NCBI GenBank assembly: GCA_944386495.1
Contig: CALXBE010000010.1
Location: 2,822 to 66,821 of the forward strand
DNA: 64,000 nucleotides
Direction of reading: 5' to 3'
DNA from: an uncultured Gemmiger sp.
Lineage (GTDB): Bacteria; Bacillota; Clostridia; Oscillospirales; Ruminococcaceae
A program made the position numbers and the translations under genes. Below the pieces are notes generated by a model, which saw only the letters and a program-made list of their open reading frames with translations, searched no databases and had not been told where the DNA came from. Positions 18,704-28,092 of this stretch are shown here, piece by piece; within the stretch, counting starts at the first letter, position 1, and each line of letters opens with the position of its first letter.

Positions 18704-19981
18704 ATGGCAGGAAATTTTGTAGATGTAGCTACCATCTGGCTTCACGCCGGAAAAGGCGGAGATGGAGCGGTCAGTTTCCATCGTGAAAAGTTTGTGGCAG
18801 CCGGCGGTCCCGATGGCGGTGACGGCGGTCGTGGTGCAGACATTATGTTCCAGGCAGACGATAACCTTTCCACCCTGATGGACTTCCGGTACAAGCGGAA
18901 GTATACTGCTGAAAACGGTCAGAACGGCGGAGGTAAAAACTGTACAGGACGGAAAGCGGACCCCATGATTATCCGGGTGCCCCGGGGCACTGTAGTAAAG
19001 GATGCCGAAACCGGTCAGATCATTGCGGACATTTCCGGTGATGAACCGGTGGTTATTGCCAAGGGCGGCCGTGGCGGCTGGGGCAATCTCCATTTTGCCA
19101 CTCCCACCCGGCAGATTCCCAAATTTGCCAAGCCCGGTATGCCTGGGGAAAGTCTGCATGTTACCCTGGAATTGAAGGTGATTGCAGATGTGGGACTGAT
19201 TGGTTTCCCCAATGTGGGCAAATCCACCTTGATCAGCGCCATCAGCGCTGCCAAACCCAAGATTGCAAATTATCATTTTACCACCCTCAGTCCCGTACTG
19301 GGCGTGGTTGCAGTGGGTCCTGAGGCCAGCTTTGTGGCTGCGGACATTCCCGGCCTGATTGAGGGCGCCAGCGAAGGCGTAGGCCTGGGGCATGACTTCC
19401 TGCGCCATGTAGAGAGGTGCAGACTTCTCCTTCATGTGGTGGATGTGTCTGCCAGCGAATGCCGGGACCCTAAGGAAGACTTCGAAAAAATCAATCATGA
19501 GCTGAAGAATTTCAGTGCCCAGCTCTCCCAGCGTCCTCAGATCGTGCTGGGCAACAAGTGTGATATTGCCACCCCGGAACAAATTCAGGAGTTCCGGGAG
19601 TATATCGAGGGACAGGGCCTTACCTTCCTGCCCATTTCCGCAGCCACCCGCCAGGGACTGGATGAACTGCCCGGACTGGTGTATCAGCGGCTGAAGGATC
19701 TGCCTCCCGTGCAGGTCTTTGAGCCCACTTATGTGAAGCCTCAGCCTGAGCAGAACAGCCGCGCCTTCAAGGTGGAAAAGCTGGAAGATCATGTGTTCAG
19801 CGTGGATGCTCCCTGGCTGGAGCGGATCCTTGCGGGCAGCGATGTGGAGGACTACGAAAGCCTTCAGTACTTCCAGATTCAGCTGAGCGAAAGCGGAATC
19901 CTGGACAAGCTGGTTGAGATGGGAGTAGAGGAAGAGGACACCATCATTATCGGAGAATATCAGTTTGACTATGTATTCTGA
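18704..19981 (+). CDS. obg: GTPase Obg/CgtA
   Basis: N-terminal Gly-rich Obg fold 'GGDGGRGADI', G1 motif 'GFPNVGKST', and a C-terminal OCT domain. Confidence 0.95.
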   Translation: MAGNFVDVATIWLHAGKGGDGAVSFHREKFVAAGGPDGGDGGRGADIMFQADDNLSTLMDFRYKRKYTAENGQNGGGKNCTGRKADPMIIRVPRGTVVKDAETGQIIADISGDEPVVIAKGGRGGWGNLHFATPTRQIPKFAKPGMPGESLHVTLELKVIADVGLIGFPNVGKSTLISAISAAKPKIANYHFTTLSPVLGVVAVGPEASFVAADIPGLIEGASEGVGLGHDFLRHVERCRLLLHVVDVSASECRDPKEDFEKINHELKNFSAQLSQRPQIVLGNKCDIATPEQIQEFREYIEGQGLTFLPISAATRQGLDELPGLVYQRLKDLPPVQVFEPTYVKPQPEQNSRAFKVEKLEDHVFSVDAPWLERILAGSDVEDYESLQYFQIQLSESGILDKLVEMGVEEEDTIIIGEYQFDYVF

Positions 19982-19998
19982 TAAAGGAGTGTGTTCCC

Positions 19999-20400
19999 TT
20001 GATTGATTTGGAATATCAGGTACCCATCCAGGAACAGTCTCCCCTGAATTTGGCTTTTGTGGGGGACAGCGTTCTGGAGCTGCTGGTTCGCCATCGTTTG
20101 GCAGCTCACAGCCGTCTTCCGGTTGGAAAGCTGAATGCCTTGAAGGTACCCATGGTCAGCGCTCACGGTCAGTATAAGGCGGTGGAGGCTATTCTTTCCG
20201 CTCTTACCGAGGAGGAAACAGGGGTGCTTCACCGAGGCAGAAATGCCAGCAAAGCCACTGTTGCAAAACATGCCACAGTGGAGGAGTACCGCAGTTCTAC
20301 CGGACTTGAGGCGCTTCTGGGATGGCTCTTTCTCCAGGGCCGCCAGGAGCGGATTCAGGAGCTGTTTGAGATAATTTGGACAGCTCAGCAGCAGGACTAA
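19999..20400 (+). CDS. mrnC: Mini-ribonuclease III
   Basis: TTG start with AAGGAG 9 nt upstream. The RNase III signature 'LAFVGDSVLELLVR' is present. 133 aa. Confidence 0.85.
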   Translation: MIDLEYQVPIQEQSPLNLAFVGDSVLELLVRHRLAAHSRLPVGKLNALKVPMVSAHGQYKAVEAILSALTEEETGVLHRGRNASKATVAKHATVEEYRSSTGLEALLGWLFLQGRQERIQELFEIIWTAQQQD

Positions 20401-20410
20401 AATAATATAG

Positions 20411-20450
20411 AAAAGGCTGCACCAAAGAAAAATCTTTGGTACAGCCTTTT
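20411..20450. terminator. Bidirectional terminator between mrnC (+) and the small K/T/N-rich ORF (-)
   Basis: 18-bp stem AAAAGGCTGCACCAAAGA/TCTTTGGTACAGCCTTTT (one mismatch) with A/T runs on both sides. Confidence 0.75.
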
Positions 20451-20464
20451 CCTGTAAAGAAGAA

Positions 20465-20611
20465 TTACTTGCTGTTGGTGGTCTTGTTCATGGTGCGGTT
20501 GGAAGCACTCTGGACCTTGTTGGAGGCCTTATTGGTGGTCTTGTTGCTGGTCTTGCAGGCCTTGCTGGTAGTCTTGTTGGTGGTCTTCAGGTTGTCAGTA
20601 CGGTTTTCCAT
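20465..20611 (-). CDS. 48-aa highly basic low-complexity protein (Lys/Thr/Asn/Ser repeats)
   Basis: ATG at 20611 lies 9 nt after AAGGAG. The product is 'MENRTDNLKTTNKTTSKACKTSNKTTNKASNKVQSASNRTMNKTTNSK'. It has its own terminator. The DNA shows repeated GGTCTTGTTG-like units. Confidence 0.45.
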   Translation of the reverse strand: MENRTDNLKTTNKTTSKACKTSNKTTNKASNKVQSASNRTMNKTTNSK

Positions 20612-20700
20612 AATACAAATTCTCCTTTCACGGCGGCTTGACCGCCTGTACACTCATTTTGCCCGGCCAGACCGGGTTTATTCAAAAGCAGGTGACGAAC

Positions 20701-22059
20701 ATGGGAATGGAATTTTTTACACAGCGGGAACGGGAGCTTTTAGGAGACAGGTTTGAAAGCCTGTATGCTTATCCGGAGGATACTCCTGCACGGGGAATCA
20801 CCCCCAATCTTCTGCGGGCCCAGGCAGAAAGTGCTCTGGATCAGGCGTTTCCGGGGCTTCTGAAAAATCCTTTCAATGAGAAATGCCGGCTTTTGACAGG
20901 AGAGCAGGAGCGGCCCGGGACCCATCCCTACCATCATGCAGGAGTGTACTATGTTCAGGAACCCAGTGCAGCCAGCGTGGCCCCTTTGCTGGAGGTAGAA
21001 CCGGGAATGAAGGTGCTGGACCTTTGCGCTGCCCCAGGGGGAAAGACCAGCCAGTTGGCCGGAGCATTGCAGGGAAAAGGGCTTTTGGTAGCCAATGAGT
21101 ATATGCCCCAGCGCGCTGAAATCCTGAAACAAAATTTAGAACGGATGGGTGTGCCCAACGCATTGATTTTGAATGAGGACACATCCCGTATTGCTGCCCA
21201 GTTCCCGGGATACTTTGACCGGGTGCTTGTGGATGCTCCTTGCAGTGGGGAAGGAATGTTCCGAAAAGAACCTCAGGCTATGGCGCAGCATAACCAGGGA
21301 CTGGTGGATCAATGCGCCGGACTGGGAAAAGAAATCCTGGAAGCGGCAGCGGCTTGTCTGGCCCCGGGAGGAATTCTGGTCTACTCCACCTGTACCTTTG
21401 CCCCTCAGGAGGATGAGGGGCAAATTGCGGCATTTCTGGACCGTCACCCGGAGTTTTCGCTGATGGAGCTTCCCGGAGACTGGGGAAGTGCCGGAGAGAG
21501 CAACCGCACAGGCGGGCTGCCTCTGGACTGCAGCAAAGTTCGCCGTATCTGGCCCTGCCAGGGAGGGGAAGGCCACTTTATGGCCAAACTGAAAAAAGAA
21601 GAGGGAAGTCGTTGGGAAGACGCCCGCCCCCAAAAGAAAAAAGCCGAAAAGCAGGTTTCCCTTTGGGCGGAGTTTGCTGCCCGGTATTTCCCGGATATAA
21701 AAGGCTGTCAGACACAGCTTTTGGGGGATTTGGTTCTGCTTCCTCCCGTTGGGCTTCCTCCAGTAGGAAAGCTGCATATTGTCCGCAGCGGTGTGGCCGC
21801 CGGACAGCTGCTCAAAGGCCGATTCCAGCCTAACCATCATCTGTTTATGGCATTCGGAGATAAATGCACCAACCGGGAAAACCTTACCCTTGGGGAAGAA
21901 CGACTCTATGCATGGCTGCGAGGGGAGGAAATCCCTGCCTCTCAGGCAGAGAATGGCTGGTGTGCCGTTCTGGTGGATGGATATCCCCTGGGAATGGGAA
22001 AGGTGAGCGGGGGAAGAATCAAAAATCATTACCCCAAAGCCCTGAGAAATCTTAAATAA
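20701..22059 (+). CDS. RsmB/RsmF-family rRNA m5C methyltransferase (NOL1/NOP2/Sun)
   Basis: 'LDLCAAPGGKT', 'DRVLVDAPCSGEGMFRK' and 'LVYSTCTF' are present. The start is ATG 20701 or 20707. Confidence 0.85.
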   Translation: MGMEFFTQRERELLGDRFESLYAYPEDTPARGITPNLLRAQAESALDQAFPGLLKNPFNEKCRLLTGEQERPGTHPYHHAGVYYVQEPSAASVAPLLEVEPGMKVLDLCAAPGGKTSQLAGALQGKGLLVANEYMPQRAEILKQNLERMGVPNALILNEDTSRIAAQFPGYFDRVLVDAPCSGEGMFRKEPQAMAQHNQGLVDQCAGLGKEILEAAAACLAPGGILVYSTCTFAPQEDEGQIAAFLDRHPEFSLMELPGDWGSAGESNRTGGLPLDCSKVRRIWPCQGGEGHFMAKLKKEEGSRWEDARPQKKKAEKQVSLWAEFAARYFPDIKGCQTQLLGDLVLLPPVGLPPVGKLHIVRSGVAAGQLLKGRFQPNHHLFMAFGDKCTNRENLTLGEERLYAWLRGEEIPASQAENGWCAVLVDGYPLGMGKVSGGRIKNHYPKALRNLK

Positions 22060-22196
22060 TCCCGAAACAATTTGAAATTATCCATTAAATGTGATATAAT
22101 GGTACGGCTTGATAGTGTGTTTCTATATCTTGCCGCACTAAAGACAAAATTTGACATACAAGTGCCAAGTTAAAATACAAAACAGGAGGAACTCCC

Positions 22197-22934
22197 ATGT
22201 CCGGACATAGCAAGTGGAACAATATTAAAAAGAAAAAGGAAAAAACCGACGGTCAGAAAGCCAAAATCTTTACCAAGATTGGCCGTGAGATCAGCGTTGC
22301 CGTTAAAGAGGGCGGTCCTGACCCTGCTTCCAACGGCAAGCTGCGGGACCTGATTGCAAAGGCCAAGAGCCTGAATGTTCCCAACGATAACATTAAGCGT
22401 TGCATCCAGCGGGCAGAGGGAGGAGAGAAGGACAACTACGAGTCCATCACCTACGAAGGTTACGGCCCCAACGGCATCGCCATGATGGTGGAGACTCTTA
22501 CCGATAACCGGAACCGTACTGCAGCCAACCTGCGCCATTACTTTGATAAGTTTGGCGGAAATCTGGGCAACATGGGCTGCGTTGGATTCCTGTTCAGCGA
22601 GCAGGGCGTTATCGTTCTGGACGCTGAAGGCCAGGACCCCGATGCAATGATGGAAGCTGCCCTGGAAGCCGGTGCAGACGACTTCGATGCCGGTGATGAT
22701 GTAGCTCAGATCACCACCAGCCCTGATGCTTTCAGTGAGGTTCGTCAGGCTCTGGAAGATGCCGGTTATACTTTCCTCTCTGCTGATGTGGAGATGGTCC
22801 CCAGCACCACCACCGCTCTTACCGACCCGGATCAGATGGTTCAGATGGCCAAACTGCTGGATGCCCTGGATGACGATGACGATGTGCAGAATGTTTGGCA
22901 TAACCTGGAAAACGAGGAAGACCTGGACCGCTAA
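22197..22934 (+). CDS. yebC: YebC/PmpR family DNA-binding transcriptional regulator
   Basis: 'MSGHSKWNNIKKKKEKTDGQKAKIFTK...YEGYGPNGIA'. Confidence 0.9.
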   Translation: MSGHSKWNNIKKKKEKTDGQKAKIFTKIGREISVAVKEGGPDPASNGKLRDLIAKAKSLNVPNDNIKRCIQRAEGGEKDNYESITYEGYGPNGIAMMVETLTDNRNRTAANLRHYFDKFGGNLGNMGCVGFLFSEQGVIVLDAEGQDPDAMMEAALEAGADDFDAGDDVAQITTSPDAFSEVRQALEDAGYTFLSADVEMVPSTTTALTDPDQMVQMAKLLDALDDDDDVQNVWHNLENEEDLDR

Positions 22935-22972
22935 GCCCGGAAAGTCCCCATTTTCATGGAAGGAGTAACACA

Positions 22973-24589
22973 ATGAGCATAGCATCTTTATGCCCCTATT
23001 GCCTGGGAGAAATTGAACTGCCCCGGGATCAGTGTCCCTTCTGCGGAAAGGATTTACAGAATCATAATCCCACCGGTGCATTGGCTCTTGGAACGCAGTT
23101 GTCCGACGGTCGGTACACCATCGGTGAGTATGTATCGGCGGACGGGGAAGGCCTCCTCTACCGGGGTGTAGATAACCAGGCGGCCGTTTTCCTGACCATT
23201 AAGGAATATTTCCCGGTCACTCTTTCCAGCGGCAGAACCAGGGCGGGAAGCATTCAGCCCAAGGCAGGGGCAGAAGTTCTCTTTAAGACCATCCGGATGG
23301 ATTTTGAGGACCTTTACAGCACTCTGCAAAAAATCACTCCTGCTACCGGGCTGGTGAATGTGGTGGATGTGGTGGAAGCCAACAATACCGTTTATGCGGT
23401 CATGGAAAGCGCCCGGGGCGTTACTCTGACCCGGTATATGGAGCTGCATGCCAAGAAGCCTTTGTCTGCCCGGGAGAATGCTGAACTGCTTCGCCCTGTT
23501 ATGGAAGGTGTGGCTTACCTTCACAAGCATGGAATCATGCACCGGGGAATCTGCCCTGATAATATTCTTCTTCCTATTGACGGCTCCGCCTGCCTGACCG
23601 GGTATGCAACTCAGGGACTGCGGACTGCCGGGGGGGAACTTCGCCCCAAACTGTATTCCGGTTATTCAGCGCCGGAACAGTATTCGGCCAACGAGTTCGA
23701 AGGGTTCTTTACCGATGTGTATGCGCTGGCTGCCGTTCTTTACCGGATGGTTACCGGGCGGGTCCCGGTACCGGTTCCTCAGCGGGAAACCGGAGAGGAA
23801 ATGCCGGAGCCTAATTTCATCAATCCTTCGGTTCCGTCCTATATTTCCAGGGTTATTTCCTGCGGACTGCGGATGAATACCCAATCCAGAATGCAGACGG
23901 TAGAAGAGTTTATGGCTGCTCTCAGCGATCAATCTGAAGCCAATGCCATGTTGGGAAAATCCCCTCAAAAGGGAAAGAAACAGAAGCTGACCGGTTCTAT
24001 CCGCTCTGCAGGAAGGCTTTTCACCGTATTTGCAGTGCTTCTGGTTGTGTTGCTTATTCTGGTTTTCTGGATCGTCCTTCGGATAGGAGGCAACGGAGGG
24101 GATTCCAATCCGGTTTCCACTCCCCAGCAGACCTCTCAGCCTCAGACCCAGACTCTCCGGGTTCCGGATTTTGTGGGTATGTCCTATTCGGATATCCGGG
24201 CCAACGAGGAGTATCTGGCTAATTTCCGTTTTGCCATTACAGAGGCATACAGCGATACCCAGGAAGAGGGAACTGTTCTTATGCAGGACCCTGTTGCAGG
24301 TTCCAGCGTGGATGCCGAGACCAAAGCGGTGATTTGCCTGACCATCAGCAAGGGAATCACCCAGATTACCATGCCCGATATCACGGGATATTCTCAGGCC
24401 GATGCCGAGCAGCTTCTTTATGAAAGCGGTATCTCCTTCCGGGTGGTGGAAGTAGAGAATAACGGAGAATACGCTCAAGGATGCGTGGCTTTCTGTGATA
24501 AAGATCCGGGTGAAACCTTCGACAAGGAAACGACCATCACCGTTTACATTGCCGGTGAGCGTACTCAGAGCGCGGAAACAACCGAATAA
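22973..24589 (+). CDS. Zinc-ribbon / Ser-Thr-kinase-like / TM / 2x PASTA protein with degenerate catalytic motifs
   Basis: N-terminal 'CPYC...CPFC'. The kinase fold has 'TIKEY' and 'SAPEQ', but 'HRGICPDN' replaces HRD and 'LTGYA' replaces DFG. A TM helix 'LFTVFAVLLVVLLILVFWIVL' is followed by two PASTA-like repeats. Confidence 0.8.
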   Translation: MSIASLCPYCLGEIELPRDQCPFCGKDLQNHNPTGALALGTQLSDGRYTIGEYVSADGEGLLYRGVDNQAAVFLTIKEYFPVTLSSGRTRAGSIQPKAGAEVLFKTIRMDFEDLYSTLQKITPATGLVNVVDVVEANNTVYAVMESARGVTLTRYMELHAKKPLSARENAELLRPVMEGVAYLHKHGIMHRGICPDNILLPIDGSACLTGYATQGLRTAGGELRPKLYSGYSAPEQYSANEFEGFFTDVYALAAVLYRMVTGRVPVPVPQRETGEEMPEPNFINPSVPSYISRVISCGLRMNTQSRMQTVEEFMAALSDQSEANAMLGKSPQKGKKQKLTGSIRSAGRLFTVFAVLLVVLLILVFWIVLRIGGNGGDSNPVSTPQQTSQPQTQTLRVPDFVGMSYSDIRANEEYLANFRFAITEAYSDTQEEGTVLMQDPVAGSSVDAETKAVICLTISKGITQITMPDITGYSQADAEQLLYESGISFRVVEVENNGEYAQGCVAFCDKDPGETFDKETTITVYIAGERTQSAETTE

Positions 24590-24602
24590 ACGATAAGGAC
24601 TG

Positions 24603-24645
24603 AAAAGGTCCGCAGCTTTACAGAGCTGCGGACCTTTTTTCTTTT
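24603..24645 (+). terminator. Rho-independent terminator after the PASTA protein gene
   Basis: Stem GGTCCGCAGCT/AGCTGCGGACC followed by TTTTTTCTTTT. Confidence 0.8.
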
Positions 24646-24692
24646 CCAGTGAAATCGTTCTAGGAGAAAAGGCAGGGTCATATCCTATAACC

Positions 24693-25556
24693 ATGGGGAG
24701 GGATAAGCCTATGAATGAACCCTATGCCGAAATAGTTTCCCGTTTACCGCCATGGGCGGCGGAGGTACTGCCTTCTCATAGTGACGAAGTTCAGGAAATT
24801 CGCCTTACAGTAGGGGCTCCCGTTTCCGGATTGGAAAAAGGAAGGACCAAAATTTGGGGGAGTCGCTTGCTGACCGAAAAAGAAATCCGGGAGAGCCTTT
24901 ATCTGCTTTGCAATCACGCACTGCCTGCCTATGAGAGCCAATTGGCAGAAGGATATTTTACGGTAAAAGGCTGCCGTGTGGGAGTTTCAGGTCAGCTTCG
25001 GTATGAGGAAGGACAGGTTTGTGGCTATGGCAGAATCCAAAGCCTGAACATACGGATTCCTTGCTCGTTTTCGGTGTCACTGCCTCCGGAAGTGATGGAA
25101 TACATAGAAGAGCCTGATTTGGGTGGAATTATGGTTGCAGGGCCTCCCGGAAGCGGAAAGACCACCTTGCTGGGAGCACTGGGAAGATATCTGGCAGAAA
25201 AGAATAAAAGAACGGTTGTTGTAGATGAAAAGCAGGAACTAAATTGGCTGACAGAATTGAATGCCCCTTTCCTCATGGGGTTTAGCCAGTGTCGCCGGGC
25301 AGACGGAATTCTGTACGGATTACGGGGCTGTAACCCGGAATTTATCCTTTGTGATGAGATCGCAACAGAAGAGGATGTGGCGGCTGTCACCTTGGGAATT
25401 GGCGCCGGAGTTCGCTTTCTGGCAACCGTTCATGCTCTGGGAGTTTCTCAGCTGGAAAAACGCTTTTGCTATAGAGCCCTTCAGCCTGGCTGCTTTGGAA
25501 TGATTGTTCTTCTGGGCCGGTATCCGGGGGAAGCGGTGCAGGTGATGCGGGTATGA
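24693..25556 (+). CDS. spoIIIAA: Stage III sporulation protein AA (ATPase)
   Basis: Walker A motif 'VAGPPGSGKTTLL'. It is the first gene of an eight-gene overlapping operon. Confidence 0.85.
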   Translation: MGRDKPMNEPYAEIVSRLPPWAAEVLPSHSDEVQEIRLTVGAPVSGLEKGRTKIWGSRLLTEKEIRESLYLLCNHALPAYESQLAEGYFTVKGCRVGVSGQLRYEEGQVCGYGRIQSLNIRIPCSFSVSLPPEVMEYIEEPDLGGIMVAGPPGSGKTTLLGALGRYLAEKNKRTVVVDEKQELNWLTELNAPFLMGFSQCRRADGILYGLRGCNPEFILCDEIATEEDVAAVTLGIGAGVRFLATVHALGVSQLEKRFCYRALQPGCFGMIVLLGRYPGEAVQVMRV

Positions 25557-26017
25557 TAAGGGTAATTGGAGTTGTTATTCTCTGCTGTACCGGAGGACTA
25601 TGGGGGGCATATCTTTTGGAACGGAAGAAAAGACAGCTGATCCATATTCAGACAGGAATACAGCTGCTCCGTTTTTTGGGATGGGAGCTGGAGAATTACC
25701 CCAACCAGGCCCAGGAACTGCCCCAAAAGCTGAATGAGCAGCACCAATGGGAGCCCTACCTGGGAAAGGGAATAGATTACCTGAATCAACTACAGGTTCC
25801 GACTACCTTTCCAAGAAATGAGCGCCGGCAGTTGAAGCAGTGCTTTGAAGGATTGGGCTATGGAGGAGTGGCTGAAACGGTACAGGAACTGGAGCAGACA
25901 CTTCATTGGATGGAGGCGCTGGAACTGGACAAGCGGCAAAAATTGGGGCGAGACAACCGTCTTTACCTGCCCATAGGACTTTGCGGCGGACTGGCTGTCG
26001 CTATCTTACTCTTGTGA
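25553..26017 (+). CDS. spoIIIAB: Stage III sporulation protein AB
   Basis: ATGA overlap with spoIIIAA. Size, position and terminal TM helices fit SpoIIIAB. Confidence 0.7.
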   Translation: MIRVIGVVILCCTGGLWGAYLLERKKRQLIHIQTGIQLLRFLGWELENYPNQAQELPQKLNEQHQWEPYLGKGIDYLNQLQVPTTFPRNERRQLKQCFEGLGYGGVAETVQELEQTLHWMEALELDKRQKLGRDNRLYLPIGLCGGLAVAILLL

Positions 26018-26034
26018 TCGGGGAGGGGTCCGGG

Positions 26035-26229
26035 ATGGATGTGGATCTCATATTCAAAATAGCAGCCATCGGTATTATTGTGGCGGTACTTAACCAACTG
26101 CTCATTCGTTCGGGACGGGAAGACCAGGCTATGATGACCACCCTGGCTGGTTTGATTGTGGTGCTTAGTATGTTGGTAACCCAAATCAGTGAGCTTTTCG
26201 TTACCATCAAAGACCTGTTTCAGCTCTGA
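26035..26229 (+). CDS. spoIIIAC: Stage III sporulation protein AC
   Basis: 64 aa, 'MDVDLIFKIAAIGIIVAVLNQLLIRSGREDQA...', with two TM helices. Confidence 0.85.
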   Translation: MDVDLIFKIAAIGIIVAVLNQLLIRSGREDQAMMTTLAGLIVVLSMLVTQISELFVTIKDLFQL

Positions 26230-26231
26230 TC

Positions 26232-26612
26232 ATGGAAATATTTCGGATTGCAGGTATAAGCCTTTTGGTCTGCTGTTTGTCCTTGCTTTTGAAAAAGGAA
26301 AGCGCAGCCTTTTCTTTTCTTATTCTCCTGGCCGGTGTCCTGACAGTTTTTTTCTTAGTCTTTCCCTTAATGTCACCGGTGCTGGCATTGGTGGAGCAGA
26401 TAGAAAAGACACTGTCCGGAGGTGCGCTTTCCTATTTATTCAAAGTGCTTGGAATTGCACTGGCTGCCCAGATTGCCCAGGAGCTTTGCAAGGATGCCGG
26501 AGCAGGAGCCCTTGCCTCCATGGTGGAGCTGGGGGGACGGGCTCTTATTCTGATATCGGTATTCCCGCTGGTGCAGGATGTGCTGAAACAGGTAGAGGGA
26601 CTATTACTATGA
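26232..26612 (+). CDS. spoIIIAD: Stage III sporulation protein AD
   Basis: 126-aa polytopic protein with 'FKVLGIALAAQIAQELCKDAG'. Confidence 0.85.
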   Translation: MEIFRIAGISLLVCCLSLLLKKESAAFSFLILLAGVLTVFFLVFPLMSPVLALVEQIEKTLSGGALSYLFKVLGIALAAQIAQELCKDAGAGALASMVELGGRALILISVFPLVQDVLKQVEGLLL

Positions 26613-27667
26613 GACGAATAGTAGGAATAATAGGAGCACTTTTCTTGGTGTGCCTGATACCATTTGCCGCTTTTGGGGCGGAATATCCGGATGCAGCACA
26701 GGCGGTCATTGACCAGGCTCCCGTTGAAGCGGACAGGTTTCTGAATATGGAACCGGGAGAGTGGGCCGGTTATTTTTGGGAAAAGGCCAAGGAGCCATTT
26801 CTAGCCCCGGTGAAGGCATTAACACAGGCGGCTCTATACCTTATTATGGTCTGCCTGTCCCAGGCGCTTATCTCATCAGGGGCCTTTCAGGATGTGCTGA
26901 AACTGGTTGGGACCTTGGGATTTGCCCAGCTTTCCTGCCAGCAGCTTGGAGGGCTTCTGGCAGGAATGGAGGAAACAAGTCTGGCCTGGCACAGCTATCT
27001 CTGCGGGTTCATTCCTATATTCTCAGGGATAATGGCCATGGGGGGACAGACTGCCAGTGCCGGGGTGTACGGAGGTCTCTTTTTAGGTCTCAGCGGATTG
27101 CTGGCCCAGGGAATCACCCAACTTCTGATTCCTGGGGTAAAAATCTATATTGCCGTATCTGTGGGGGCGCAGCTTTGGGGAAACCAGGGAATAAGGGATG
27201 GGACCCGGATGATCTACAAGGGGGTAAATTGGCTTCTTAAGGGGATCTGCATCCTTTGCGCCGGGGTGCTGGGATTGCAGGGAATGCTTTCTCAAAATAT
27301 GGACAAGGCGGTTTCCAAAGGCGGACAAGCGCTTGTGAACCTTTTCCTGCCAGTAGTGGGGGACCTGGCTGCTCAGGCCATTGCCGGGGTTGCAGCGGGA
27401 ATAAGAGTTTTAAAAGGGACTTTAGCCTTTGCTGCCATAGGAACCATATTTATAGAATTTCTGCCTGTTATGGCAGGGTGTATCAGCGGAATCGTATTAT
27501 TCTGGATTCTGTCTGCCTGTGCAAAGAGCTGCGGCCTGGGGCAGTGTGGCGGTTTGGCCGAAGCCTTTGCGGAGGGAATCCAGCTCTGCCTGTCGGGGAT
27601 GGTCCTCTATTTTGTATTGGTGCTTTCTGTGACTTTGATGATGGCGGTTATGGGAGGAGCGGGCTGA
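26609..27667 (+). CDS. spoIIIAE: Stage III sporulation protein AE
   Basis: Start at 'MRRIVGIIG' with an ATGA overlap onto AD. It has a signal peptide and multiple TM segments. The longer listed ORF (26189) is an out-of-context extension. Confidence 0.85.
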   Translation: MRRIVGIIGALFLVCLIPFAAFGAEYPDAAQAVIDQAPVEADRFLNMEPGEWAGYFWEKAKEPFLAPVKALTQAALYLIMVCLSQALISSGAFQDVLKLVGTLGFAQLSCQQLGGLLAGMEETSLAWHSYLCGFIPIFSGIMAMGGQTASAGVYGGLFLGLSGLLAQGITQLLIPGVKIYIAVSVGAQLWGNQGIRDGTRMIYKGVNWLLKGICILCAGVLGLQGMLSQNMDKAVSKGGQALVNLFLPVVGDLAAQAIAGVAAGIRVLKGTLAFAAIGTIFIEFLPVMAGCISGIVLFWILSACAKSCGLGQCGGLAEAFAEGIQLCLSGMVLYFVLVLSVTLMMAVMGGAG

Positions 27668-28092
27668 TGAATGGAATCTCACATTTTGTCTGGCAGATTT
27701 GTCTGGCCTGTATTCTGGCTTCTGTGGTCCGTCTTTTATTTCCATCCGGAAGAATGAAGCCAGTCATAAATGTGGCTCTCACCCTATATATTGTAACAGC
27801 GGTTCTTCCTATAAAGGGAGAATCTCTGGACTGGAACTGGCAGGGGTTCTCAGAAATGCAATCCACACAGGCGCAGGATTACCAGACTTATGCAGAACAG
27901 CTTTATTTGGAATCTGTCCGGGAGAGCCTTTCTCTTGAACTGGAAAGAGCTGAGATTTCAGCTACCCTCGAGATAAGCCCTTCCGGAAACTGTATGGTCC
28001 AGGTTTCTCAGGAACAATGGGAGCAAACTCAGGAAATCCTGCGTCAGGCAGGCTGGCAGGGTGGTATTATCCGGGAGGAGGCCGGAGAATGA
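27667..28092 (+). CDS. spoIIIAF: Stage III sporulation protein AF
   Basis: Start at 'MNGISHFVWQI' overlapping the AE stop. Size and position fit SpoIIIAF. Confidence 0.7.
   Translation: MNGISHFVWQICLACILASVVRLLFPSGRMKPVINVALTLYIVTAVLPIKGESLDWNWQGFSEMQSTQAQDYQTYAEQLYLESVRESLSLELERAEISATLEISPSGNCMVQVSQEQWEQTQEILRQAGWQGGIIREEAGE

Noticed and set aside
26189-26608. N-terminal 140-aa extension of the spoIIIAE ORF. Similar upstream extensions occur for thrB, spoIIIAC/AF/AG, dapB, folD, rplU, queA and the zinc-binding protein gene.
   Set aside because: The extensions overlap the preceding genes in another frame and lack RBSs. Internal starts have good RBSs or ATGA/TAATG coupling, and they give N-termini typical of each family.
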